This document shows positions 17,586 to 27,896 of a DNA stretch of 64,000 nucleotides, piece after piece. Each line of letters starts with the position of its first letter. Position 1 is the stretch's first letter. The notes below the pieces were generated by a model. That model was not told where the DNA came from and did no database searches. It saw only the letters and a list, made by a program, of their open reading frames with translations. Made by a program: the position numbers and the translations under genes. Location: NCBI GenBank assembly GCA_963701855.1, contig CAVPBK010000006.1:576001-640000 (forward strand). Direction: 5' to 3'. Source of the stretch: Nitrospirota bacterium (GTDB lineage Bacteria > Nitrospirota > Nitrospiria > Nitrospirales > Nitrospiraceae).

Positions 17586-20500
17586 ATGTGGCTGACCCTC
17601 CTTGCACTTCGCAACCGCATCGGCATCCTGATGCTGTCCTTGGCCATGGTGATCCTGGGCGCTACCTCCGTGCAGCGGCTACCGGTCGATCTCTTTCCAC
17701 AAATTCAAGTGCCCGTCGCTTTCGTCGGCGTCATCTATAAAGGCGCGCCGCCGCTCGACATCGAACAGAGCGTCGTCTATCCCATCGAGAAAGCCGTCAG
17801 TTCTGCGTCGAACGTCGAGCATGTCGAGTCGTTTGCAAAGCAGGGCATCGGTGCCGTGCAGATCTGGTTCAACTGGGGTGCGGACATTAACGTCGGTCAG
17901 ATGGAGGTGATGCAACGCGTCACCCAAATTCTCAACAGCCTCCCGCCCGGCATTTTGCAACCCTTCATCGTCAAATTTGACGTCTCCAATATCCCTGTCT
18001 CCCTCGTGACGGTCTCCAGCGACGATCTGGACGAACGAGCCTTGTACGATCTGGCCTCGAATACGATTGCGCCACAGATTGAACAGATTGCCAACGTCGC
18101 CGCTGCCACAGTGGAAGGTGGGAAGATCCGTCAAATCAACATCAACCTTGACCCAGCGCTGTTGAACGCTCGAAGCCTGTCAATCCTCGACGTCGTCAAA
18201 TCCGTGAAGGCCGCCAACCTCATCCTTCCCTCGGGCGACATCAAAGCCGGCAATCTGGACTACAACGTGTTCACCAATAATCAGTTCCGCTCGGTCGACC
18301 CGATTCAGGACGTGATCGTGAAGGTCAACCAGCAGGGCAGCCCCGTGCGTGTACGGGATGTCGGAACCGTGACCGACTCGTCGGACATTCAGACCAACAT
18401 CGTCAGGACGGATGGGGCCAGGGCCGTCTATCTTCGGGTGAACAAACAGCCCATCGCTAACACTGTGGAGGTGGTGGATGCGCTGCGCAATGTTCTGCCG
18501 AAACTGGTCGGCATTCCGCCCAGCGTGAAAGTCGGGATTTCCTTCGATCAATCGGTCTATATCCGCCAATCGATCAGCAACCTCGTCGAACAGGCGCTGC
18601 ACGGATCGTTGCTGGCTGCAGCGGTCATCTTGATTTTTCTCCGCAGCTTTACGAGCACGCTGATCATCTCGGTCGCCATTCCTCTCTCGATCATGGTGAC
18701 CTTCATCGTGTTGTACTTTTCCGGGCAAACTCTCAACGTGTTCACTCTGGGAGGCTTGGCCCTTGGGATCGGCCGGCTCGTCGACGATTCCATCGTAGAG
18801 CTCGAAAACATTCAACGCCACCTCAACACTTCGCCCCACCGCTGGAACGCCATCCTGGAAGCGGCCCGCGAAGTGGCGATGCCCATTCTCGCCTCGACGG
18901 TCACCACGGTCGTCGTCTTCCTCCCAATTTTCTTCGTCGCCGGGATTGCCCGCTTGCTCCTGATTCCCCTGACTATCACGATTGCAATCTCGCTGTTCAC
19001 CTCCTTCTTCGTCTCCCGCACGGTCACTCCTGCACTCTGCTACAGATTCCTCAAGCCGGAACAGGAGTCTCACCGTTCGATGCCTGCATGGTTCGTGCGC
19101 TTGATGGATTGGAGTCGCGGACGATATGAGTCGTTAGATAAAGGCTACGAAGAATCGCTCCGTTGGGTCTTGGCTCATCGCTGGCGTTTCATCATCGGCA
19201 TTCTGCTCCTCTTCGCCGCTTCGCTCGCGCTGGCGTCCAAAATCGGCACGGAGTTTTTACCGGTGTCGGATGAAAGCCAGTTCCGTATCGTCCTGCGCGG
19301 GCCGGTCGGTCAGCGAGTGGAAAAGACTGAGCAGCAAGTGGCCGAGGTCGAACGGGTACTACGGGCACAGATCCCCGCAGAGGAATTGGAAACGATCGTC
19401 TCCAGTACCGGCGTGCTGGCCCAGGGCCGTTCCTCTTTATTCAATCCGAATACCGGCCCCCATACGTCGAGCATCTCCGTCCATCTCGTCACGCCGGACA
19501 AACGGACACGAAACCAAGTGCAAATCATGAACGACGTAAGACCCAAAGTCCTCAAACTCTTTCCGGGCGTCGCGATGTTTTTCGATCCAGGCGGCCTCAT
19601 CAAACGAGTCACCAGTTTTGGGTCGCAGAAGTCCGTCGACGTAGAGATCTACGGGTACGATTTCGAGCAGGCGCGTGGAGTTATCCGGCAGGTCGAAAGC
19701 ATAATGCACCAAGTCCCGGGCCTGGCCGACATCGAAGTCAGCCGCGAGGAAAACTATCCCGAGGTCAACGTAGTGGTGGATCGTGAAAAGGCAGCGCTCC
19801 TCGGCATCAGTGAAACGGACGTCGCCAGCGCCGTGCTGTTCTCACTCAACGGCAACGGCCCAACCGATCCGATCATCTATACCGACCCCCAAAATGGGAA
19901 CGAATACTACATCAGCGCCTGGCTCGCGGAAGAACACAGAAAAGATTTCACAGACCTCGAAAATATTATTTTGACCGCACGAACAGGGGAGCCGGTTCTT
20001 CTGAAAAATGTTGCCTCACTCAAGCTCAATGCGGGTCCGGTCAAGATCGACCGCAAGTACTTTCAGCGGGTAGTCCATGTGACCGCCAACCCTGTGGACC
20101 GGGATCTGGGCGCCGTCGCTGCCGACCTGGAAGCAGCCATTGCCAAGATTCAACTCCCCACCGGCTTCAGCATCCGGTTAGCCGGGCAGATTCAACAACA
20201 GCGGGAAACATTTGAGGGGCTGTTGTTTGCGACGGTTCTGGCACTGGTTCTCGTCTACATGGTGATGGCTGCGCAGTTTAAATCGCTGATCGACCCCTTC
20301 GTGATCATGTTTTCCGTCCCGATGGGCTTCCCCGGCGTGATTCTGATTCTCTTCCTGACCGATACCACCCTCTCCACCACGTCGATGATGGGTATCATCA
20401 TGATGTTGGGCATCGTGGTCTCAAACGGCGTCCTGCTGGTCGATTATACGAACGTGCTGCGCCGGCGAGGGCGGGAGTTGCACGACGCGGCGGTCACCGC

Positions 20501-20765
20501 CGCGCGGACGCGACTCCGGCCCATTCTGATGACCTCCCTTGCTACCGTGTTGGGGCTGCTCCCCATGGCCATCGGCTGGGGAACCGGCGGTGAAACGAAC
20601 GCTCCTTTAGCGCGCGCGGTCGTTGGAGGACTCAGCTTCTCAACGATCCTTACACTCTTTCTCATCCCCACAATCTACGTGATCTTAGAGGAACGCTTTC
20701 CCCGCCATGCGGAGAAAGCGCCACAGGATGTGGACTGGATACCGGCCGAGCCAGCTAGTCGATAG
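17586..20765 (+). CDS. RND efflux permease (AcrB/AcrD/AcrF family)
   Basis: 1059 aa; LPVDLFP, GRLVDDSIV, RLRPILMT. Confidence 0.95.
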   Translation: MWLTLLALRNRIGILMLSLAMVILGATSVQRLPVDLFPQIQVPVAFVGVIYKGAPPLDIEQSVVYPIEKAVSSASNVEHVESFAKQGIGAVQIWFNWGADINVGQMEVMQRVTQILNSLPPGILQPFIVKFDVSNIPVSLVTVSSDDLDERALYDLASNTIAPQIEQIANVAAATVEGGKIRQININLDPALLNARSLSILDVVKSVKAANLILPSGDIKAGNLDYNVFTNNQFRSVDPIQDVIVKVNQQGSPVRVRDVGTVTDSSDIQTNIVRTDGARAVYLRVNKQPIANTVEVVDALRNVLPKLVGIPPSVKVGISFDQSVYIRQSISNLVEQALHGSLLAAAVILIFLRSFTSTLIISVAIPLSIMVTFIVLYFSGQTLNVFTLGGLALGIGRLVDDSIVELENIQRHLNTSPHRWNAILEAAREVAMPILASTVTTVVVFLPIFFVAGIARLLLIPLTITIAISLFTSFFVSRTVTPALCYRFLKPEQESHRSMPAWFVRLMDWSRGRYESLDKGYEESLRWVLAHRWRFIIGILLLFAASLALASKIGTEFLPVSDESQFRIVLRGPVGQRVEKTEQQVAEVERVLRAQIPAEELETIVSSTGVLAQGRSSLFNPNTGPHTSSISVHLVTPDKRTRNQVQIMNDVRPKVLKLFPGVAMFFDPGGLIKRVTSFGSQKSVDVEIYGYDFEQARGVIRQVESIMHQVPGLADIEVSREENYPEVNVVVDREKAALLGISETDVASAVLFSLNGNGPTDPIIYTDPQNGNEYYISAWLAEEHRKDFTDLENIILTARTGEPVLLKNVASLKLNAGPVKIDRKYFQRVVHVTANPVDRDLGAVAADLEAAIAKIQLPTGFSIRLAGQIQQQRETFEGLLFATVLALVLVYMVMAAQFKSLIDPFVIMFSVPMGFPGVILILFLTDTTLSTTSMMGIIMMLGIVVSNGVLLVDYTNVLRRRGRELHDAAVTAARTRLRPILMTSLATVLGLLPMAIGWGTGGETNAPLARAVVGGLSFSTILTLFLIPTIYVILEERFPRHAEKAPQDVDWIPAEPASR

Positions 20766-20865
20766 CAGGGTACCGAGAAGGCTGAGGTTGAGGCTGGATG
20801 AAAAATGGTCTCGGTCTTCGCTCAACCTCGACCTCAACCTTGGCCTGCTGAGCGAAACCGACCGG

Positions 20866-21198
20866 TTACCCGACAGTTGGAAAGAGCGCCCTCAATTGCA
20901 TTGCCAAACCGATGTCCCCGCTGATCTTGAGCCGGCCCGACATGGCGACAGAGGTCCCACTCAACTGGCCCTTCAAAATCTTGATGCAATCTTCGCCTGC
21001 CATCGAAAGCACAACGTGAGGGTCTGCATGCAGCCCCTCTGCAATCTGACAGGCCCCCTCCCGGATCGTGAGAATATACTGCCCGCCCTGTGCGCCGCTC
21101 AGATCGAACTGATAGACCGCATCAAGATCTTCGGCCGCATCTGAATCGAGCTGATCCGGGAGAAGCTGAAAAAACTCTTTGACGGTGGTGGGATTCAT
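20866..21198 (-). CDS. SCP2 sterol-binding domain protein
   Basis: YQFDLSG..GG.Y and AMSGRLKISGDIGLAMQL. Confidence 0.85.
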   Translation of the reverse strand: MNPTTVKEFFQLLPDQLDSDAAEDLDAVYQFDLSGAQGGQYILTIREGACQIAEGLHADPHVVLSMAGEDCIKILKGQLSGTSVAMSGRLKISGDIGLAMQLRALFPTVG

Positions 21199-21417
21199 AG
21201 CTCGTGAGAAGGCGCTTTAGCAGAATGCTGAAAAAGTCCACCAGTATATTAAGACCGTTATTTGGCTTGTTTGGTTTGTCTCGTTTGTTTAGTTGAACCA
21301 GAGAAACCAGATAGACCAGACATGAGGACCATCGAATGTTAGCCTGCCACAATGGTCTTCCCGCAGCCTGCTCGGAATGAGACCGGAGGCCGCGGCATCG
21401 CGGCCCCCGGTCACTTC

Positions 21418-21858
21418 CTAGTATCGGAGCGTAACCGTCGCGGTACTGCGACGCGCGCCGAAAAAGTCTTTGGAGAAGGTCTCAACGACGGCAGGGTCAT
21501 AGCCCTTGCAGCTGAAAATGTCGAGATAGGCGTTGTTCGTATCGTTCGCAAAATGGCCGCTGATCAACGAGGTCGAGATCAGCTGCACCATGGAATAGCC
21601 GGCCACGCGGCCTGAGCCGAAATCGACGACCTGGCACTCGCCAAAACGCTTCATGTCGATGAGCTCGCACAGCTCGACAACATAGCGACGGATATGATCG
21701 GCATTTCGAATCAGGTCGGGATGACAATCTTGAAGATCGAGGGCGGTACAGAGTCCCCACGCCTTCCCTTCACCCACCATCTCCTGGGGGGCAATGGAAG
21801 CAGCTACTGGGGACTCGGTTGGAAAGATTGCGGACTCGGAGTCAGCTGGGCTACTCAT
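21418..21858 (-). CDS. speD: S-adenosylmethionine decarboxylase family proenzyme
   Basis: LDLQDC, GYSMVQLISTSLISGHF, AYLDIFSCK. Confidence 0.75.
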   Translation of the reverse strand: MSSPADSESAIFPTESPVAASIAPQEMVGEGKAWGLCTALDLQDCHPDLIRNADHIRRYVVELCELIDMKRFGECQVVDFGSGRVAGYSMVQLISTSLISGHFANDTNNAYLDIFSCKGYDPAVVETFSKDFFGARRSTATVTLRY

Positions 21859-22037
21859 AGATGTTATACACCTTTCTGTTAGGAGGGTGAAAAACCGTGA
21901 CGGTCAACAGTTATTTCGGACTATATCACGAAATTTTTCACGTGAGTGAGAATGGAGAAACTTTTTTTCACACCGAGGCGTTCCGGAGCCACTCGATCGA
22001 TTGACAAGGCTCTCGGCAGTCGGAGAGAATACTTCCC

Positions 22038-22235
22038 ATGGCTGATGTCACTCCATCAACCCCGAACCTGACTCCACCCGCAGCCGACTCCCCCGATCGC
22101 CTCTGCACTTGGTGCCAGGTGGCGATGAAGAAGCGGCTCGTCGGCGGCAAGCAGTTCGTCCACTATACCTGCCCGAAGTGCATCTTTCAGCACACCACCA
22201 GACTCGGCCCAAAACCACCCAGCCCCGCACACTAA
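22038..22235 (+). CDS. Small zinc-ribbon protein
   Basis: CTWC...CPKC; TTGACA at 22001 upstream. Confidence 0.6.
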   Translation: MADVTPSTPNLTPPAADSPDRLCTWCQVAMKKRLVGGKQFVHYTCPKCIFQHTTRLGPKPPSPAH

Positions 22236-22237
22236 CC

Positions 22238-22340
22238 CGGTCTGTCTGGTTGATCTGGTTTGCTTTGTTTATCCGGTTGATTTGGTTCATCTGGTTAGCT
22301 TAGATCAACCGAAAACCCGACAAACCAAATGAACAAGACC
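22238..22340. repeat. Low-complexity 9-mer hairpin repeat family C, (TYTGGTTYR)n...(AACCARAYR)n; other copies at about 21260, 26635, 28283, 51383, 56945 and 59886
   Basis: Tandem tctggttga/tctggtttg/tttggttca units followed by complementary aaccaaat/aaccagat units. Confidence 0.75.
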
Positions 22341-22342
22341 GG

Positions 22343-22666
22343 CTACCGGCGAGAAAAACTGGTCTGTACGTGATCGTCAAGGATATGGGCCAGTCGCTCC
22401 CTCTCCTCCGGGCTGATCGATGTAATCTTCGCTCCAAACTTAGGGGAACGCACGTGGACGACTTGCAACCCGCAGACTAAGGTTCTCCCTTGCTCTAACT
22501 CAATTGTGAGTTGGAGCGCATCACCGCTCTTCACGAACAAGCGGCTTTCAATCCGGACACCAGTCTCGCTGACATCCAGAACTTTGCACGGCGCTGAAAG
22601 TGCCCCCCGCTGCAGACGGCCCGCCCGGCTTACCTCAACCCGTGACCCTTTTCGCTTGAATCCCAC
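22343..22666 (-). CDS. PilZ domain protein
   Basis: RKGSR and DVSETG. Confidence 0.8.
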   Translation of the reverse strand: MGFKRKGSRVEVSRAGRLQRGALSAPCKVLDVSETGVRIESRLFVKSGDALQLTIELEQGRTLVCGLQVVHVRSPKFGAKITSISPEERERLAHILDDHVQTSFSRR

Positions 22667-22736
22667 GACTCCAGCCTCCTGTTTTCGACATCATACGCAA
22701 GAGGCGCACAATGCCAAAGGAAAATGCCAAATAGCG

Positions 22737-23099
22737 CTACAGCCGTTGGCCTACAAGGGCACGCACCTGCTCCATGCGCTTGCGATTAACGCCCAAATCG
22801 CCGTATCCGGTGCGGGAAGCGGAACGGAAATGGATGGTCTTGGTCTCGTCGTCGAACAGAAATTCGACATCGTCAACGAAGCGAAGCAGTAGACTGGTGG
22901 CCTCGTAGTGAAGATAGATCTCGTCTTCCTCGACGAGTTGCATGCGGGGCAAGGAATGGATGGCTTCCTTGAGTGCCTCCTTCGCCTCTGCCCGCGATTT
23001 GCGATAGTGAATGGGCGCAATCGCATGGCCCTCGTCCTGGGCCTGGGTCGAGACGCAGTTAGGGCTAGAGGGGCAGGGTCCTAAGGTACGAGGATTCAT
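22737..23099 (-). CDS. DUF1499 domain protein
   Basis: LGPCPSSPNCVST, FVDDVEF, RSASRTGYGDLGVNRKR. Confidence 0.9.
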   Translation of the reverse strand: MNPRTLGPCPSSPNCVSTQAQDEGHAIAPIHYRKSRAEAKEALKEAIHSLPRMQLVEEDEIYLHYEATSLLLRFVDDVEFLFDDETKTIHFRSASRTGYGDLGVNRKRMEQVRALVGQRL

Positions 23100-23117
23100 G
23101 TGCCGCCAGTTAACGCC

Positions 23118-23473
23118 TTACGAGGGACGGGTGCTCACAATGTCGCGCAACCAGATCTCACAAATCAACACCGCGTCGGAAGAAATGAGGTTCGGGAGGC
23201 CTAGTCGCGATAGGCCAAGTGCGGGCTGATGCGCACCTTCCCATAACCGCCAACTTTCATGCCCATCAAGGCATACTCGACACCGGCCATTATCTGGCGG
23301 CTCCCGAGCAGGGCCTTGTGGTCGACAAAGGTGACGCCTCCTTCGACTCGAATCATGTCTTTGGGAAGGTGTTCCACCCGTTTCGCATTCAGCGGAACCT
23401 CGTCGCCTTTGTTCGCAGGCGTCCCTTCGCCTTTTCGCTCCTCAAGCAGCTTGAGACCACTAAGGCGTTTCAT
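23118..23473 (-). pseudogene. Frameshifted FKBP-type peptidyl-prolyl isomerase
   Basis: LGSRQIMAGVEYALMGMKVGG..KVRISPHLAYRD then a stop; the shifted frame continues GLPNLISSDAVLICEIWLRDIV to TAA at 23118. Confidence 0.75.
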
Positions 23474-23477
23474 GGTA

Positions 23478-24587
23478 TTAGTACAAGAACGTTCTGGCCA
23501 TGGCTCCTGTCTCTCCCCGCTCAGCCACCTCAACAGACACTTGCCCGATCACTCGACCGTCTTCGGTTTCGACATCGACGCGCCAGTCTCCGGGATCGAG
23601 CCGCTGCTTGAACGTGTAGGCCCGATAGCCGCCTTCGCGGCCACCGGCAATCTTGATTGGAATCTTGTCGGCATGGGTAAAGGGTTTGCCATCGTTCGGG
23701 CGGAAGTACCAGTGATGATAGATGGTCGTGTTCAGCGCGACCGGGGCAAAGACCGCTGTGAAGCAGTAGATCGGCTCGTTGGCCGGGAAGATGTCATCCG
23801 ATCGTTTCCAGATTTGATACCACTGTCTCTCAAACGAGAGTTCGAACCGATCTCCGGTCTTCTTCACCTCATGGTAAACCCCGCCGAACTTCAGTGCGAG
23901 CGGCACAGGCGGAATCCAATTCAGGAAATAAAACCCGACGAGCAGACCAATGAGCGTGAAGGCAGGGACCGTGACCCCGATCGCCTCGCGTTTCGAACGA
24001 TCCGGATTGTTGCGATAGACTAATTGGACCACGCGGAATGTCACGACCGCGCTCAGGACGGCTCCGACCAGGAAGACCGTCGCATTCATGTACCCGGTCA
24101 TGACCGGGAGAAAAAACGTGAAAAAGGCGAAGCACACCAGTGCGTAGAGGCTTATGAGGAGGCGCAAGCTGGAGAGTCGATCGCGTAGAAATTCGTTGCC
24201 GACCAACAGCACGATCAACAGAGCAAAAAAGATTGCCGTGCTGGTGAGTGTGGCGCTACGGGAATAGAAAATCGCATAAGCGCTGAACAACCCGCCCAAG
24301 AGAAACTGCACAGCCATTGGATAGAAGGGCCTTACACGCAACACCCAACGCACGAAGGGTGAGAAGGTGGCCAACTGTTCCCGCTCCGGTGCGGGCTCGA
24401 TCCCCAACCGCCCGGTCAGCACGATGAGCACACCCAAGAGAAGTAGATAGATCAGCAGCAAGAGGTTGTCTTGCAGTCGATCGATCCGGGTGAGTGTCAG
24501 CGTGTCATAGGTCACACCGGAAAAAAAGAACACCGGCGGCATGAAGGGCTTGCCCAAAATGGTTCTGAGTGCAGAGGAAGGGGACAT
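23478..24587 (-). CDS. DUF2914 domain membrane protein
   Basis: TM-rich N-terminus; C-terminal IYCFTAVFAP...GGREGGYRAYT...GDWRVDVETEDGRVIG. Confidence 0.8.
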   Translation of the reverse strand: MSPSSALRTILGKPFMPPVFFFSGVTYDTLTLTRIDRLQDNLLLLIYLLLLGVLIVLTGRLGIEPAPEREQLATFSPFVRWVLRVRPFYPMAVQFLLGGLFSAYAIFYSRSATLTSTAIFFALLIVLLVGNEFLRDRLSSLRLLISLYALVCFAFFTFFLPVMTGYMNATVFLVGAVLSAVVTFRVVQLVYRNNPDRSKREAIGVTVPAFTLIGLLVGFYFLNWIPPVPLALKFGGVYHEVKKTGDRFELSFERQWYQIWKRSDDIFPANEPIYCFTAVFAPVALNTTIYHHWYFRPNDGKPFTHADKIPIKIAGGREGGYRAYTFKQRLDPGDWRVDVETEDGRVIGQVSVEVAERGETGAMARTFLY

Positions 24588-24674
24588 GAGTCCTAAACTT
24601 CAGGATATTCGTAGGATTGTCAAATGAAGGAGCGAAAGCGGACGGCTCAAAACGATCTCGTTTTCAGCCGTCCG

Positions 24675-25736
24675 CTAAACGAAAGGAGGAAGAGGCGCAT
24701 ACACCACCCCATGCCCAATCACCCGTTCCAACCAGGAGATCATCAGATCTTCGTGAAGCGGGGCTCGGTTCAGGCGGGCCTCAATGTGAAATCCCGTCTC
24801 GTTGCCGAAGATCCCGATGATAGCGGAGGCATCCTCCCCATCTGGAAGCAGTTCCTGAGTTTGAAACTCACAGAGAGTGCTGTAGAGGCGGCCGTCGGGT
24901 TCGATTGCAGATCGAATCTCCGGCAAGTCATCGAGCGGACAATGGACCGAACAGCGATACACGGAGCGGGCGATAGGTTCAATCGCTTGAAAGTTATCAA
25001 GCGCTTCCTCTGAAAAGCCCGTCAGGTAGGCTCGGATGCCGGCTGGTTCCGATACAGAAGTCGCGGCCAATTTACTGGCCGGCACTAGGAACTCGTAGGC
25101 GTCTGCCGTGTTGTATTCAAACTGACAGGGCCCAAAGGCATCGGGCCAGGAGCAGAAGAAGGGTACGGAGGGATCGACCTGGCGCAACATGAGATGCTGC
25201 TTCTCAACCAATGTCTCGATTGGAAGCTCCAACAGCGTGATCGCTTCGAGAAACGCCGTGCGCCGTTCCTCCAGCCACTGTGCCCGTTCGGCATCGCCCC
25301 GCATCTCGCCGGGAGTGATGACCTCTTTCGTCTGGAGCCGTACACGGATAAACGAATGGGCGTGGCGAAATCCCAGCCAGAACATGCTGCGAGGGTCGTG
25401 CAGCCGCAAGGGATCGCGAATGCGCCAGGGATGGCTGATCGAGCAGTAGGTGCCCACATCCTGATAGCGCTGGTAAACAGTATGGTAGGCCCCGGCCAGG
25501 AGAAAAAAATCTCCCCGCCATCCCTCTCGGATGTGGATCAGGGTCGCATCTTCCGTAGACCACGCATCCAGTTGATCAAAATCTTCAGGAGACTCGACCG
25601 TCCATTCTTCGACGTAACAGATGACGTCCTTCGCGGGCACCGCCGGCTTCAACCCCAACGCAGCCAGCCGGTCGCCCACGGCGAGCACCTGACCGAAGGT
25701 CAGCGGGGTCGTCGTTTCCCAACGACGTTCACGCAC
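24675..25736 (-). CDS. Hypothetical protein
   Basis: 353-aa ORF, co-oriented with neighbours, plausible composition. Confidence 0.65.
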   Translation of the reverse strand: MRERRWETTTPLTFGQVLAVGDRLAALGLKPAVPAKDVICYVEEWTVESPEDFDQLDAWSTEDATLIHIREGWRGDFFLLAGAYHTVYQRYQDVGTYCSISHPWRIRDPLRLHDPRSMFWLGFRHAHSFIRVRLQTKEVITPGEMRGDAERAQWLEERRTAFLEAITLLELPIETLVEKQHLMLRQVDPSVPFFCSWPDAFGPCQFEYNTADAYEFLVPASKLAATSVSEPAGIRAYLTGFSEEALDNFQAIEPIARSVYRCSVHCPLDDLPEIRSAIEPDGRLYSTLCEFQTQELLPDGEDASAIIGIFGNETGFHIEARLNRAPLHEDLMISWLERVIGHGVVYAPLPPFV

Positions 25737-25762
25737 GGTGGGTCATCTCTTCCCCCAGCCCA

Positions 25763-26419
25763 TCAACGTGCCGGTCGCAACGCCTTGTGCTCGATCGTCG
25801 TATCGGCGAGGTACCGATCGATACCGTCCTTCAGGGTCGCCGCCAGTAACTCTTGCACATCTTCCTCGCTGAACCAGACGACGGTATCCCGTTGTGCTCC
25901 CTCGACACCTCTGATCGTCAAGCTCTGGTCGCTGATGTTCCTCGCGGAGATCACCAGCTTGCTGCTTGTGTTTACCACGGTCGAGAAGAGTCGGCTCCTG
26001 GCGTTGGCTGAAAAATCGAGCAGTTGCCCGCTGATGACGATGTCGGCATCGTTCAGATTCGTCACGTCCCCGCTGGAAACCGCCCGCACCGTCCAGGCCC
26101 GATCTTTCCATCCGCGCGTTTTCAGACGATCCACAAGGGCCTGGGTAATTACGTCTCCTGGTCGCTCACCCGCCACATTGAAATAGGTCACCCCACCCCA
26201 CAAATGGGTCCGCAGACCGAGCCGATTCTTCTCCAGTCGCCGATCCTCGAAGGACTCGATGACGATCCTGACTGGTTCCGGCTCCATGAATTGCGCCGCC
26301 GCCTGTTTTTGGTGAAGATCCAGATAGAACGTTTTCCCGGTGCCCCCGCAGCCCGCGCCCAGCAGCAGACTTGCCGTCAGCACGATACCGATGCACAGTC
26401 GTCCCCTTGTCTGTTTCAC
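25763..26419 (-). CDS. Lipoprotein (YajG-like)
   Basis: Lipobox LLGAGC; FEDRR motif. Confidence 0.7.
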   Translation of the reverse strand: MKQTRGRLCIGIVLTASLLLGAGCGGTGKTFYLDLHQKQAAAQFMEPEPVRIVIESFEDRRLEKNRLGLRTHLWGGVTYFNVAGERPGDVITQALVDRLKTRGWKDRAWTVRAVSSGDVTNLNDADIVISGQLLDFSANARSRLFSTVVNTSSKLVISARNISDQSLTIRGVEGAQRDTVVWFSEEDVQELLAATLKDGIDRYLADTTIEHKALRPAR

Positions 26420-26787
26420 GATATCATCCTCCTTGCGATTGGCCGCACCGCCGTTCAGGCGGACTCAGTGTACCCAAGTTGATGATCAGAGACAAATAAT
26501 AACCCGCAGGTACCGGGGAAGGGCTCTCCCATTGACCAAATCCTAGACCGGGGGCTAATATCGCTCCTACGTAGACGGCGAAAAATTATTGTGCCACGCG
26601 AGAACTTCGATGGTTTGCACGTGTGGCACAAGCTTGGTTTGTCTGGTTCATCTGGTTGATTTGGGTCATCTGGTTAGTTCCGTTCAACCAAAAAACAAGG
26701 CAGACCAGACAAACCAAACAACTATCTTCATATGCTGGAGGCCTTTTTCAGCATCCTGCCAGATCAACTCAATTCCACGGAGGAAGT

Positions 26788-27087
26788 ATGGCCGATGTCC
26801 CTGATGTCTATGCCGATCAATTTCAGCTCAACCTTGGGCCGCTTGGGTGCACGCTGAACTTTCAAGTCTCCGGAGCCAATCCGGTGGCCCCAGGTTCTCC
26901 GCCGCCGATTGAACGTGTGGCCACTATTCGACTGAGCCTACAGCACTTAAAAGCCATGGCGTTCATTTTGCACAAACAAATAGTGGGGTACGAGGCCCAG
27001 GCTCAGCTCTCCACTGGTCTTCCGGTCGATGTGCTTCGAGCGCTGCAAATTCGGCAAGAAGACTGGGAGGCCTTCTGGCGGCCCTAA
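26788..27087 (+). CDS. Hypothetical protein (DUF3467-like)
   Basis: GGAGG RBS; VYADQF...LNF...VATIRLSLQHLK. The longer ORF start lies in a family C repeat. Confidence 0.65.
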   Translation: MADVPDVYADQFQLNLGPLGCTLNFQVSGANPVAPGSPPPIERVATIRLSLQHLKAMAFILHKQIVGYEAQAQLSTGLPVDVLRALQIRQEDWEAFWRP

Positions 27088-27236
27088 CCCACATTATTCA
27101 TGAACGTTTCTACCCCCATCGCGGATGCCTGACTCAAGCAATACGGGCAAGACTGGCTGAAAAGGCGCGACAGACAAGGACAGGGCTCACACGTCACGCG
27201 AGTCTCACTCCTCGCGCTTGTCGCGCGGCGATATTC

Positions 27237-27884
27237 CTAACGGGTCACGATGGGAAGGATAGCCAGAAATGTCTCGCGGCTGAATTCCGGCATCTGACCT
27301 GATTGAATCCGCGGATCGGAGAACGGCAGGAACCGGACGATCTTCAAGAAGGACCGTTCGGCCAACACGGCGGCGATCTGCGCCTTGCGATCGTGGGTAA
27401 TCGGCAACGTATACCCCTCGCCACGTTTCCATTCCCACAACGTCGGCGCCAATGACAGTTCCAGCCCCTGCCCGGCGAGCTGATGAAACCGGTTCACAAT
27501 CCGTGCCTTGTGCTGCGTGATCCCCTCCCCCTCCAACATCAAGGCGCACACGACGTAGTGCCCCCACCAAAAGAGCGTTCGAAAAGCAAACGCGTTCGAG
27601 TCCTGGAAGTGTTTTGGAAAGTCCAGATATTGGTAGGGAAAGAGTTCCAGAGACTCTCCCTTCACAAAGTGATGGTTGGCGGAATTGAAGTCCGGCGGAG
27701 TCACGAGAACAGCCGATGCCACTTCCTCTTTCAAGGTCGCATGCGTGGCCGTGAGCAAGCGGCGCACCTTAGCCATAATCTGCGCCTTGGTGAGAAAAAA
27801 GCGCTGATCAGCCATCAAGGCCGCTTCTTCGTGACTAAACTGTGATGGCAATGGCATGGTTGACGATCGGTGGACGACTGTCAC
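27237..27884 (-). CDS. Conserved hypothetical protein
   Basis: KGESLELFPYQYLDFPK...FAFRTLFWWG; start uncertain. Confidence 0.7.
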   Translation of the reverse strand: MTVVHRSSTMPLPSQFSHEEAALMADQRFFLTKAQIMAKVRRLLTATHATLKEEVASAVLVTPPDFNSANHHFVKGESLELFPYQYLDFPKHFQDSNAFAFRTLFWWGHYVVCALMLEGEGITQHKARIVNRFHQLAGQGLELSLAPTLWEWKRGEGYTLPITHDRKAQIAAVLAERSFLKIVRFLPFSDPRIQSGQMPEFSRETFLAILPIVTR

Positions 27885-27896
27885 GAAAAACGCCGG

